Of a DNA stretch of 64,000 nt, positions 13,601-22,791 are shown piece after piece. The first letter of the stretch is position 1. Each line of letters opens with the position of its first letter. The position numbers were made by a program, and so were the translations under genes. Source of the stretch: Nemertoderma westbladi. Taxonomy: Eukaryota > Animalia > Xenacoelomorpha. The notes below the pieces were generated by a model. The model worked only from the letters and a program-made list of their open reading frames with translations, did no database searches and had not been told where the DNA came from. The stretch spans positions 9,860 through 73,859 of the forward strand of contig JAUCBJ010005881.1 of the NCBI GenBank assembly GCA_032718475.1, written 5' to 3'.

Positions 13601-14511
13601 CCATACATACGAAACGTGGACGTATACTAGTAAAACGCTGGGGACTGATTTTCACATGTATGTCCAGTAGGGCAGTTCATATTGAACGTGTGATGGATCT
13701 TTCCACCAACGCGTTTATACTAGCATTGCGGCGATTTATCGCTAGACGCGGACTAGTGAAATGCTTGTACTCAGACCAAGGGACAAACTTTGTTGGTGCT
13801 CGAAATGAGATTGCTAGAGCCTTTAAGAAATTAGATCATGATCAAATCTCAAACGAACTACGTCCTTACAAGATTGTTTGGAAGTTTAATCCTCCAGATA
13901 GTCCATGGAGAGGCGGAGTCTGGGAGAGATTGATTAGATCTATAAAGACAGCCATGGCAAAGGTCATTCCAGTAAACCACATTTTGACAGACGACCAACT
14001 GACAACACTGTTTGTTGAAATCGAGGCAATACTAAATACTAGACCAATAGTATTAGTACCCGATGACAAACAATCCCAGTTTGCTTTAACACCGGCACAC
14101 CTGCTTATGCAGGCACCGACTACTTTAACGCCTATTTCTTTTCCAACAGAAGGCGATAGCTACGGTAGAAAAGCGTGGAAAATCAGGCAACTACTAGCTA
14201 ACAAATTCTGGGAAATATGGCAAAACCATTATTTGCCCTCTATTTCTGCCAGAACAACATGGTACAATAACACCCGCGCATTAAAGCCGGGAGATCACGT
14301 GCTGTTAGCGGAAGTGAATCTAAAAAGACGCTTCTGGATAACAGGTGTAATTTTAGCCACACATCCATCTATGGATGGAGTGACAAGAACTGTGACAGTA
14401 CGGACAATTGACGGTCGTACAGTTGACAGACCGACTCAACGTCTCGTACTTCTTGAAGAGACTCGTAACGAGTCTGGAGACTACAAATCTCCAACTAATG
14501 TTAGTAAATAA
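7639..14511 (+). CDS. BEL/Pao polyprotein Gag-protease-integrase lacking RT and RNase H (2290 aa)
   Basis: Gag PPKFSG...W..F; knuckles CQYC..H..C, CWRCTLHGHVCKDC, CPSCGRNHDGLLH; protease AILDSASSHSYV; IN HLHLKH...CIIC, TGIDCFGP, YSDQGTNF, GGVWERLIRSIK; no YxDD or DAS motif. Confidence 0.93.
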   Translation: MSDKQDYTKNTPTDYDSCDADKSAAEELQGKTREPTEPTPCASPVHPTGVPDAVVRGDGRTEDFLTVPQPRYRETDMVSSVGSQESVVRSVGGYMAHITRSIGEGQRILDELTAPMSRFEFYTLQVRVQSRVHKSVDNLISLQDLARQRQDMDTQLRILEKLMIAREKLIQFKSTIRQIQQEQADQLLGESVSDELLQPEEEQELYRLDGQLKHLTDHLRMCGEDVGDWETVPEATRETSLAQIEPAPGTLDQSLVSIRSEIGEVSMATSEIARQQQIYRQQQEWEEQTQLLMAQAAAEEEKLRVANVARISHLQEQAELEAAEMERLELDIAQQAAAAELAQRTAAAELERQAAAAAAVAASELERQGLASEVRTEMKKRQVKAQSAIRQAEFEAQQQQTEQREKEVKLRFELEKKARELANAKEDLDLQARDRSMRSRDGHDLDQMEVRHRQIQERMKEGSIGAPGRERQLVKDLCQRFPQVTPMFAPVTTKEPVLIAGSSNISPIHGATEHRFVIPDKFTPPRATSSPIPKVKVSNPPITDRSSLLTAPALLTTKQVSPPSTPKPARTYTYPMTFRPTRPLDSNAVIRPPNQFTSQSTTSRKTCEPTEQRRPVDTLPFNQFTSQSTTSRKTCEPTEQRRTVDDVPKRNVRIRTTQRTRARQPPYPGDSSTSSESDYPKREVFRTGAADEYKRERSDNSFIDNPPQNTPTQKALQPTDAISTQQLAEIMRPVVDKLAQIEKRLEETQTDSSRGNEFEHSRHPKQQRKQPSRNTSYQGKAPRRENINSIVNQGRETLNVAEEIAKFAARQGLPVQQPPKFSGNSKHWHTFVDYIETQIAACAFTSREKFNYLLQTLTGEPKRLAETFVGVPDAFELAYDRLTSIYGGTVSMAKSVIDELCKGGAITKPVDLLKLADEIKNAITTLRSIGQLDYANTPTVLLKIIGRLHHRLRREWRKIEYQREERGGFLKLEDVYLLISREAVVETRSNYTDQHIVAEGITLPSSNRQKPQTTSTKTVTYATSTDTRQFSDNNKVSAPIGTKQIRQQLTTDFSGCQYCERLGKRHTSHKLRGCRLFCELNSEERRLQIRPLDSCWRCTLHGHVCKDCPNTDTCPSCGRNHDGLLHTDSHTPTKRFTREHPEAAARCNTAYKGRESKTTPTFVTHIRDCFSEQSGSSDEESEDEDVYFDTGDEQPSIALLTPDQLKGFSIIPVKITGIKGSKRIYAILDSASSHSYVDEKVADVVTDLRQGKNVSYTVSSMHGQRAIPVTRVKLNLDTLLPKSQHSEKERSLLPFKDLTFAATKDFSNLLGPVPEQSLEDHKYFRHLGVPECPVNYRSVAMLIGTDQFNLHQVWETRPSAVVAGNAYACRTPIGWYTRAPVRTLDISDEEDDIQSTCSLLTTTSTHSFSHDVDYTTLHSTKHDTTCVASMISHKEQLIHQVSLELGKKTSQPEIPSTTDDNAGRLASLSTPDISPDTLPDVSPDALLDGQPDILPDISQNVLPDTSNILTNSKAAVSLLERPSTDNQPDTLPDVSPDALLDGQPDVLPDTSLDISPDVPRNILPDMSQNVLPDTSNILTNSKAAVSLLERPSIDKQPDALLDGQPDVLPDMSLDISPDVPRNILPDMSQNVLPDTSNILTNSKAAVSLLERPCIDKLPNLTHLSNNKHSETSCITDVGSTYVNVNTGVTLRSRDIPNLQPMVKPGINIGRKISLPKPTDPIEFKPPLTIDLQSTDNQGKKTRKDKLLVDPDGSTVNKGILTGGPVGPSSKSKPSKFSIDLPDDVTNTYVDRIVNLTDSWTNACRKLAWIVRFVQYVKGKRDFTRRLTLTEIDRCEIKLIRHYQLRYFAREFTSINQGQPIKSSPILSWSPIIYNGLICHKSRLQNIDFNTNFRYPIIISQHHELQRSMILDAHLHLKHAGRHHCLSYLHTRFVLIRPSKALSSVTRTCIICKKVHSRIGTQEMSELPQARLQAFRPPFTETGIDCFGPIHTKRGRILVKRWGLIFTCMSSRAVHIERVMDLSTNAFILALRRFIARRGLVKCLYSDQGTNFVGARNEIARAFKKLDHDQISNELRPYKIVWKFNPPDSPWRGGVWERLIRSIKTAMAKVIPVNHILTDDQLTTLFVEIEAILNTRPIVLVPDDKQSQFALTPAHLLMQAPTTLTPISFPTEGDSYGRKAWKIRQLLANKFWEIWQNHYLPSISARTTWYNNTRALKPGDHVLLAEVNLKRRFWITGVILATHPSMDGVTRTVTVRTIDGRTVDRPTQRLVLLEETRNESGDYKSPTNVSK

Positions 14512-15043
14512 TTAGGAGTTTACAAATAGATTTCCACGTACCTGTACACTGTAGTAAAGACAGCGGTAGAATTCCATTGTCTTTATATGTGAACATTGAG
14601 GGTAATACCCTTATGTATCACATAGGAGCGGGATTTGTAGGTATAAGAAATGGAATTATACTTGGAACTCACAATATTGAGACATTTTCGAAACTTTAGA
14701 CAATCCATTTGGATTTGAAAAAATTTTAAAATTTTCTCCAGTGAATAGATTTCAGGGTACAGTCGGGTGGAACTTAAAATTAGAGAAACAAGAGAGGAAG
14801 ACTTGCGAGCCTTTCTTAAAATTTTAATTAAATTTTACACGGTCTTGTTTCAATAAGTTACGTCAAAATAGACTTCCCTATATTTATTACTAATTCTTGA
14901 TTGCTTATTTTCTGATAATAGTTTGGGATCAAAAAGTGAGTATTTTAGACTCACAGCCAGTTTAGCCCAAATTCGTTTTTTATTTCGGCAAAAATTTTAG
15001 ATAAGAAGCAGCGTGTCATTAAAGAAACCCTAGATCTTAGGCT

Positions 15044-16666
15044 ATGGGTAGGAGGTTAGAGCGTTGTCGAGCCAAAAAAGGCAGACGAAAACTCTCACGT
15101 CTCCTCACAACTAACTACAAACTCTGTTGTAATCCCTCTAGTAGTAATGATTATGTAACTACACCTCTAATTATGGAGAGGATGCGTGTATTGGGCTATT
15201 ACGTCACCTCCAAGAGCGGTCTTACAATATTATTTAGCAATAGAGTCGTCAGTGAATGTTTGCTTAATAACAAACGTATCGTGGAGATTACGGATGAATC
15301 ACGGCAGACGCGCGCACCTATCGGTCACCTTGGTGATGATTTCGAAGTAACGACTACGATCACTGACGATCCTTTAGAGGAACTTCTTGAGATAGAAAGG
15401 AACCTCCCGAAGAAATCTCAGACGGAGATTCGACAACTTGAAGCAACAGATGCTATAGTTTGTATACAACCTTCAGAAACCTACCAACCCATAGATCCAG
15501 ATGATTATGATTATAGTGTGGGAGGAAGCGCTCGACCAATTGGAGATCTTATATAAGAACGAGTGTGGTACCCTGCCAATACGATGTGTGGTAAATGTGG
15601 CGTCGCTGGACATCATTCGACCAAGTGCAGTGGAAAGCACATTACTACGACTCAACTAATCTGTGGATGGTGTGGAGATCAAGGGTCTCATACCTTTTAT
15701 ACTTGCTGGAGATTTATGGCTCAATGTACTTATTGCAATATAAAAGGGCATCGAGCATCTGAATGCCAACTAAGAGACATACCCTATGAACACGAATCTG
15801 TAAAACTCGTGAGAAAACTATTCGATGAGTGGGAAGATTTAGCCGACGAACACGTATCGGCACAAAGAAGACGATTTCCGATGAGGGCGCATCTTGGATT
15901 TTGGGCGGTAAATCCCCAAACGATGATGTCGGAAGGATACATCTCCGCTATGCCCCAATATGACGAACTTATCGAGGTAGTCGATATTTTGCCTCACGAC
16001 AGTCGATTCCGAGTAGTGCGTGAGTATCTATTACAGATTCACCCAGACAACAAGAACACGTGGAATTTTCAGAAAGTCGTAAATCGTATCACGTATGGTG
16101 AATTTGATCGTTTTCGAACTGAAAAGCGGAATAAAGGAGCTTGGTTAACCGTCGCATGGGCGTACCGAGCCGCGTTTTACCACAAACGTATACGAGCGAG
16201 CGTATTCGAGGAAGAGGAGATCCTAGAGGCGACAAATATACCAGCCACTCCGGTTGCGCCGTCTGCACGTCACACTCGGGAGGACGGGCAGGGTAGGATC
16301 ATAAGGGTCCAGAAAGTTAGCCAACAATTAAAGAAGTCTATTAATATAGAAGAACGCAAGGGAGTTGAGCCGACCATTCGAATTACTCGGGATACGGTAT
16401 CGCTTCCTAGAGAACCAACAGGAGGATCGGGACATACACCAGCTGATCAAAAGGGGGCGCAAGCTACTCTTGGGTCTGTGTCGTCCGCTTCCCGCGCATT
16501 CCCAGACGTTTTACCAACTGTAGTGACAACTGATCGGTCACGAGGAATCGGTCGAGGTTTTGGGATGCCAAATAGACGAATTTGCGAGGAAATAGTCGCA
16601 CCGTCTCCCAACGTCCAAACGAAACCAGTGACTCGCCCCACGAGTCCCATATCGCGAGCAAAGTGA
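15044..16666 (+). pseudogene. Accessory ORF of element 1, triple zinc-knuckle protein with one in-frame TAA (15554-15556)
   Basis: ORFs 15044-15556 and 15563-16666 share a frame; CGKCGVAGHHSTKC, CGWCGDQGSHTFYTC, CTYCNIKGHRASEC; start codon uncertain. Confidence 0.75.
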
Positions 16667-17502
16667 CCTGTGCGCAGTTTTCGAGGACGCGGCAGGGCTC
16701 GATCCACTAAGCGATAAAAGGGAGGGCAAGGGTGGACGGAAGACTCGTGAGCCTTTCTTGTGAATTTGTGATTTATTTGAATTATATGTTTTATATTTAA
16801 TTAGTAAGTTTTGTATTCTGGAAGAACTCATATTTAGTAAGATTTATATTTAGTAAGAATTTATATTTTGCAAGATTTATATTTTATATTTGTGATTATT
16901 CCGAACTTATGCAATTTATATTGTTCCGAATACTATGCAATTTATATCTTATAAGCAGTATTTGTATTTACAGTGAAATAGAAAGTAAGAGTAGATGGAA
17001 GACTCGTGGGCCTTTCTTATAGTTTCATTTGTAAAGTGTTATATTTGTATTTAGAAAGTTTTATAGTTAGAAAGTTTTGTACTTAGAAAGACTCATATTT
17101 GTAATTATTCCGAACTTATGCAATCTACATTTAGGCACGAAAGTATTTGTAATTATTTGAATTTATGCAATATTTGAGATGCAATAGTAGATGGAAGACT
17201 CGCGAGCCTTTCTTATGATTTCATTTATTTGTATTTGTAATTGTTTGAATTTATGCAATATTGAGATGCAATAGATTTATATTGGTGAATTTAATTTAGA
17301 TTTATATTGTACTTACTTAGTAAAGCCTTAAATATGTAAAGTTTGAATTTGTAATTATTTTGTATCGAATTATTATGTAGAAAGGAAGTATTGCTTGAAA
17401 TTTAATTTGTAAATATGTAAGTACGCGACGCCCTAAGTATTCTATAATTTGATTGATTATTGGTGAAAACCGTATATTTTATGCACGATAATATCCTGTT
17501 TT

Positions 17503-17512
17503 CATGGAGCGG
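17503..17512 (+). other. Polypurine-tract-like site of element 1 (CATGGAGCGG)
   Basis: Immediately precedes the 3' LTR; resembles CTGGGTGCGG at the same position in element 2. Confidence 0.65.
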
Positions 17513-19410
17513 TATAGAATTATATTCTCTAGATGCCGTGGATTTTCAAAATTTTTATTTTATTCGAATTAACTTTGCTAAAGATTACATTAAGTCCTCA
17601 TTTGTATTTGCTATATCTATTTGTACAATGATTAGTCAAGTGGTTCAGTAGCTCAGTCGGTAGAGCGTTGGAAATTATATGTAGTGTGTATTGAGTTCGA
17701 ATCCTAGTAAGTGCGAATTATTTTTTGTGCAGAATTTCAACTCATTTAAATTGGCCGCTACAAATTAATTGCATTTACTCGAAGTAAGGTTAAGCAATGA
17801 GACTGTAGTTATTAGATTGTAACCAATGTCGTACGAGTTATATATTTGCTGGACCAATAGCTATCTTTAAAAACCTGTTAGAACTCATAGAACAATCGAG
17901 AATTTTCTCGATTGATTGCGGCACAAATTTGGTATAAAAGGTGCGATTTCGTTCATTAGTTATCTCTCTCTATCTTTCTTTCTCAGTTACATTATTTCAG
18001 ATTACATTGTTTATTGTATAATAGTTATTGTTTGATTTTGTAATAAAAGTTAGAAATACTTGTCACATCTGCCCTTTTCTATCTGTTTTATCATGCTTCA
18101 CCACGGTGAACCCAACTGAGGGACAGGATGGCTGGCTAGACATCGGGCCGCAGCAATGAACGGGAACATCAAAGGAATGTAGACACGAGACAACCCGCAA
18201 TATCATCTTAGTTATTCGCCCATCGCCTGAAAGGTTAGACAGCGTTCGATGCCTTGCTACCTAAGTATAAGACCAAAGATCGAAGGTAGAGGTAGTGACA
18301 CGCTGTACGCCTAAAATTACATCTAGGGACTGTACTTTCTTAATTCAGGAAAAAACCGCAGTAGACCTTCATATTCCTACGGGGGGGAGAGGAGAGAGCT
18401 CAGGCAGAGATACTAGTACGCAGATAGGACGTAGGCACACCGGTACAAGGCATACACATTGGTAGGGTGCAGCAAACTGTACGCCTAACTCTTGCTAAGT
18501 ACAGGTGCGTCTGTGACTATTTGTAGTACAACGGTGTCCATTGCATCAGAACTTGTAGGCCAGGAGAGTTGCTGTGTTTCACCTGAATTAGGATTGTACC
18601 GTTCAGGCGGTAGGGCAGTTTACGACTAGGCGCAAATAAATTGAGGCTAATTAGGGATACTAACATCTACCGTGTTCCCGCCGACATCCTGATAGGAAGT
18701 TACCAAGCCCACCTAGGTAACCAAAATTCTAGATAGGACGCCAGGCTAGCTATTAGTAACCGTACGCCTACTGTAGTAAACTAACACATTTCTTCTTAGT
18801 ATTAGGGACCTGGTAAATTAAAATTGCCGAATTCTGGGCGTAGTATTAATCTCATGCCTGAATTTGAGTCCTGGAAATACGCAAGAGGGGAAGGAGCCTT
18901 ATCATTCGTGAGTATTGGCCCTACAAGTTACAAAATTAGAATATTCGTAAAATGCACACCGTACCCAGTAATTATATATGTGAAGGAGCAAAACTGATCT
19001 TGACTGTTCAGAATTAACACACGCGCGTTAAAAATTATTTACATCTCAAAATATATAAAATTAACTTTTGTCCGTACTGCACTTTGCCCGCTAGTTAGAC
19101 ATCTCCAAATCTCTGCACCTAGCTAGCGTCTCTTTCGCCCAACCATATAAATCACACCGCAGCAAAGTACACGAGCCCTTTAGTCCGTCAGTGAGTCAGC
19201 CTGATTTTAGGATTCGCTGCGCGGGATTTTGTTTTATCGAAGTTTGTCTGTTCGTAGACTGTTTTCTGCCTCACCGGTTATAAGGGACCAATACTGCAAT
19301 ATATTCGCTTACTTGGAGTTTAATGTTTTGGTGAGAAGGTCGGATTTATGATTTGATTCACAAACTTTACAGTAAGATATTGCAGGTATTGTTACTGTCT
19401 CTTCGAATTA
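17513..19410 (+). repeat. 3' LTR of element 1 (1898 bp)
   Basis: Direct repeat of 4931-6829, followed by TSD GAGAT. Confidence 0.95.
17642..17726 (+). promoter_or_regulatory. tRNA-derived Pol III promoter-like segment in the 3' LTR (intact A and B boxes)
   Basis: TAGCTCAGTCGG at 17649, GAGTTCGAATCC at 17693 with tRNA-like spacing, T6 at 17721-17726. Confidence 0.75.
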
Positions 19411-19428
19411 GAGATAGATAACTAAACG
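19411..19428. repeat. 18-bp remnant of the 34-bp satellite between the two retrotransposons
   Basis: GAGATAGATAACTAAACG matches monomer variants seen near 4451 and 4824 and contains both inner TSD copies. Confidence 0.9.
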
Positions 19429-20608
19429 TGTAAAGGCTTTTGCGGAATTAGCCGGTTATTTTCCCGGTAAAGTACTCTGTAGTTGGTTTAACAGGCATAA
19501 AAGGCCGTGTCCTTACTGTACTGGTGTTTTAGAGGACATAAAAGTCATTTCTTCTGTATGTGTACTTTAGCGGACATAATTCGCAATTTTATGACGCAAT
19601 GCGCCAAATCCTCTGTAAACAGTGTAGCTACCATGACGACGGCTAACAGCTGATGCTGTACACGTGGAGCCTTTTCTTTGTTCTCTGTTCCTTCTTTGTT
19701 CGGTCGACCAATCAGAGTGTTTTTGCCTCTGTGTTAGAGATTGTATATAGAAACTCGTGGAGTTGAGTCAGTATGTGATTTTGTCCACAGCCTACAACAC
19801 AGGCTTTGGAACCTCCGTGTTTCAGTCTTTAGCCCAACATTAGTAGGCTTAATTATAGAACGTATATCTGTTATCAATCCAAACTCAATAATCATAACTT
19901 ACTCACTCACTCATAACTTAACAAACCATTCATAACTTAACATTTTACTGCTTTTACTGTCGGTTATTCATTATATTTGTTGATGGAATATTATATTTGG
20001 AATACTGATAAATAATCAGACACCCCAATCTTCTTGATATACTAAAGGTTAGAGAGACCGGTTACATATAACGATTGCGACTTACATTAAGTGGTTTGAA
20101 GTGAATCTAATGCTATTTTATAGGCCCTACATGTATTGTCTGTTGTTCTCCTTATATGTGACTAAAATTAATGAAGGTCGGCAGATCAGTGTGCAGCATT
20201 GTGCAGTATTGTGTATGATTGTGATTGATAACAAAGCATCTCCTAAAGAATGCGCCATATACGTGAATCTATAGCCATTCCGTTGTGTCTAGTTTAAGTC
20301 ATAACTCTGTTTATATATTTAAAGCGCCACGTCCTAAAGGAACTGTTAATATTTCCCGAAAGTGAATAATATTTGTCAGAGATTATATATATTACGATCA
20401 GTCGAATAATACAGTAGGCCTACCCCGCAATACGGTTAGGCTTCCGAATCCAGTCTCCCGGGTATATCCAGCGGGTGAATGATCGCGCATAGACTGGCTT
20501 CGGCTAATGTAGTGTATCAAATACTTGTCATAGGCTAAAGATGATCTATCATCTAAAAGACATCCCAATTTGGCAGGTTAAACTGCTAAAGGTCTGAAAA
20601 CGCGAACA
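19429..20608 (+). repeat. 5' LTR of element 2 (1180 bp)
   Basis: Matches 36861-38040 with about 11 substitutions counted by eye. Confidence 0.96.
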
Positions 20609-20890
20609 ATAACAGATATACCTTCTGTATTGCAGTAGGCAATAACGCTGAAGTACCGGACAACCGGTACCTAGTAGGCCTGACTACCTAACCACCCGGA
20701 CCGGTACCTACAGCAGTACAGGTACATCAGTATTATTCGATTGTGAAATTGTATACCGGTAGGCTGTTTAAGAGATTAGGGACTGTACACCCCTTGTTTC
20801 TTTTGGAGCTTACTTATTTCTGTCAGTTTTATTTATTTGTAGGCCAGTATTGAGCAGAAGGCGTGTAAGCCTGCTCAGATTGTACAGACA

Positions 20891-21455
20891 ATTTGTAGGC
20901 TAGACTGTTGTCTGACTGTTGTTAAGTCTGAAGGGACTGTAGTGTGTGTAGAGCATATGTCCGAAAAAGTACTAGTTAGGAAAGTAGGGGCTGCCAGTGC
21001 TGTGAGGTGAACCCCCCAAGAAAGAATAAGTCGTACTACTCGGTTAGAACGCATACTAACTAACCATTTCGGAGTCTGCATATATTGTAGTTTATTTAGG
21101 CTTGATAGTAGTCTGCCAGCGTTTGGTCTGTACCTTGTTTGTGTAGTTTGTATGGGTAGCGTAATAGTTCTTATTTAGATAATTTGTAGGCTGGATTTTG
21201 TCTGACTGTTGTTAGGTCTTGAGAGATTTCGGTGTGTGTAGAGTGTATGTCCGATAAAGTGCCAGTTGGGAACGTAGGGGCTTCCAGAGCTGTGAGGTAA
21301 ACCCCCTCGAAAGTATAAGTCGTACTACTGGGTTAGAACGCATACTAACTAACCATTTTGGAGTCTGCATATACCGTAGTTTGTTTGGGCTTGACAGTAG
21401 TCTGTCAGTATTTGGTCTGCATTTTGTTTGAGTAGTCTGTACGCGTAGCGTAATA
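20891..21455 (+). repeat. Tandem duplication (~291-bp period) in the 5' leader of element 2
   Basis: ATTTGTAGGCT...GTCTGACTGTTGTTA...GGTTAGAACGCATACTAACTAACCATTT occurs twice, starting at 20891 and 21182. Confidence 0.85.
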
Positions 21456-22791
21456 TTTATTATTCAGAGTTTATGCGATTATTCGCAACATTCATATCCC
21501 CAAGTTTATTCCTACAGTAATTGTGCTTGTTATATATACCGTTATAGTTAAACTAACCCCGGTACTACATCAGGGCTGCTTGGCGTAGGTAAAGACTGGT
21601 GATTTTGTGCCCCGGTCACTCCAGCAGATACCGTGGTTCTTTTAGCTGTTCAAGTATTTTTAACTACTGATTATTTGTTGTATAAGTACTTGTACCTAAT
21701 TTAGGGTTTAGTGTACAGTGCTTTCCGAAGGTGATTAGTGTGTAGGCAGTATATTTGTGTTGTAAAGTGGTTAATAGGCACGTTGGTTCTGGTAGACCGC
21801 GGTAATTAACTTCTAGGTAGGAACACTCCGTGATACATAACGTAGTACTTATAGCGCCACGGCTATAAGTCGTCAGACGGTGGTATTTTTCTATCTGGAC
21901 AACGCAGTATATTTACTACTACTTATTATTTTCAAATACCGTAGTACCCTGTCCTTTGTAATAACCAGATATTCTAACCCTTTGTTAGGCTGGTTAGTAA
22001 ACTTCTTGTAAAACTACCCTAAAAATTTGTACTTGTAAATTTTTGTGTTTATTTAGAGATTGTAATCTCACCTCGAATTGTACGTAATTTGTAGTATTAA
22101 GTAACTTAGGTAAATTAGAATTATTTGTTTTAGTGTCCAACAAGTAGCACTTCACTGAGAGCGCACAGCTTCTGTGTAGTGACTCCCCCCAGAAATAATA
22201 ACATTTATTTCAAATATTGACAAAACCCATTTAACGGGTAAATATATTATAAATCAACTCAAACCGATTTATAAAATAGTAGGCCTGCCATACAACAATT
22301 AGGTCTCAAGATCAGTTAGACTACTGCTCAAATAACGGTAATCAAGTAAAGCAAAGTAACCAAGTAACCCTAAAAATTCAGAAATTCAATTATTCTAAAA
22401 TAATTGATATACTATTTACAATAGGCTTATTATATTTATTTCTATAAATTTAGGCTGAAATTATACCGGTATTCTGTAATTAATTCTAGTCCATAATTAT
22501 ACTTATATATACTATAAGTGTAAGCTGTATACCGGTATTCACGATAGGCCTATTATATATTTATATATACTTGTGCTGAAATTACATACCGGTATTCTGT
22601 GACTAATCTAGTCTGTGACAATACTTATATATATATACTATAAGCATACCGGTATTCTAATATATTATATATATATTACGCTACACTGAGTAGCAGTATC
22701 GGTAATTAATTACTAGGCTAACAGTGATACTGAATTACTAGACTTGCTTAAACTGTAATATAGCAGTAGGCATTCAACTGTACAAACCAAC

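Larger units (their letters stand above)
4931..19410 (+). mobile_element. BEL/Pao LTR retrotransposon, element 1 (non-autonomous, RT/RNase H-less)
   Basis: Two ~1.9-kb direct repeats; TSD GAGAT at 4926-4930 and 19411-19415; BEL/Pao-type Gag, protease and integrase motifs. Confidence 0.95.

Noticed and set aside
19741-19935. Identical 64-aa ORF at 19741 and 37173
   Set aside because: Consequence of LTR duplication; non-ATG start and no motifs
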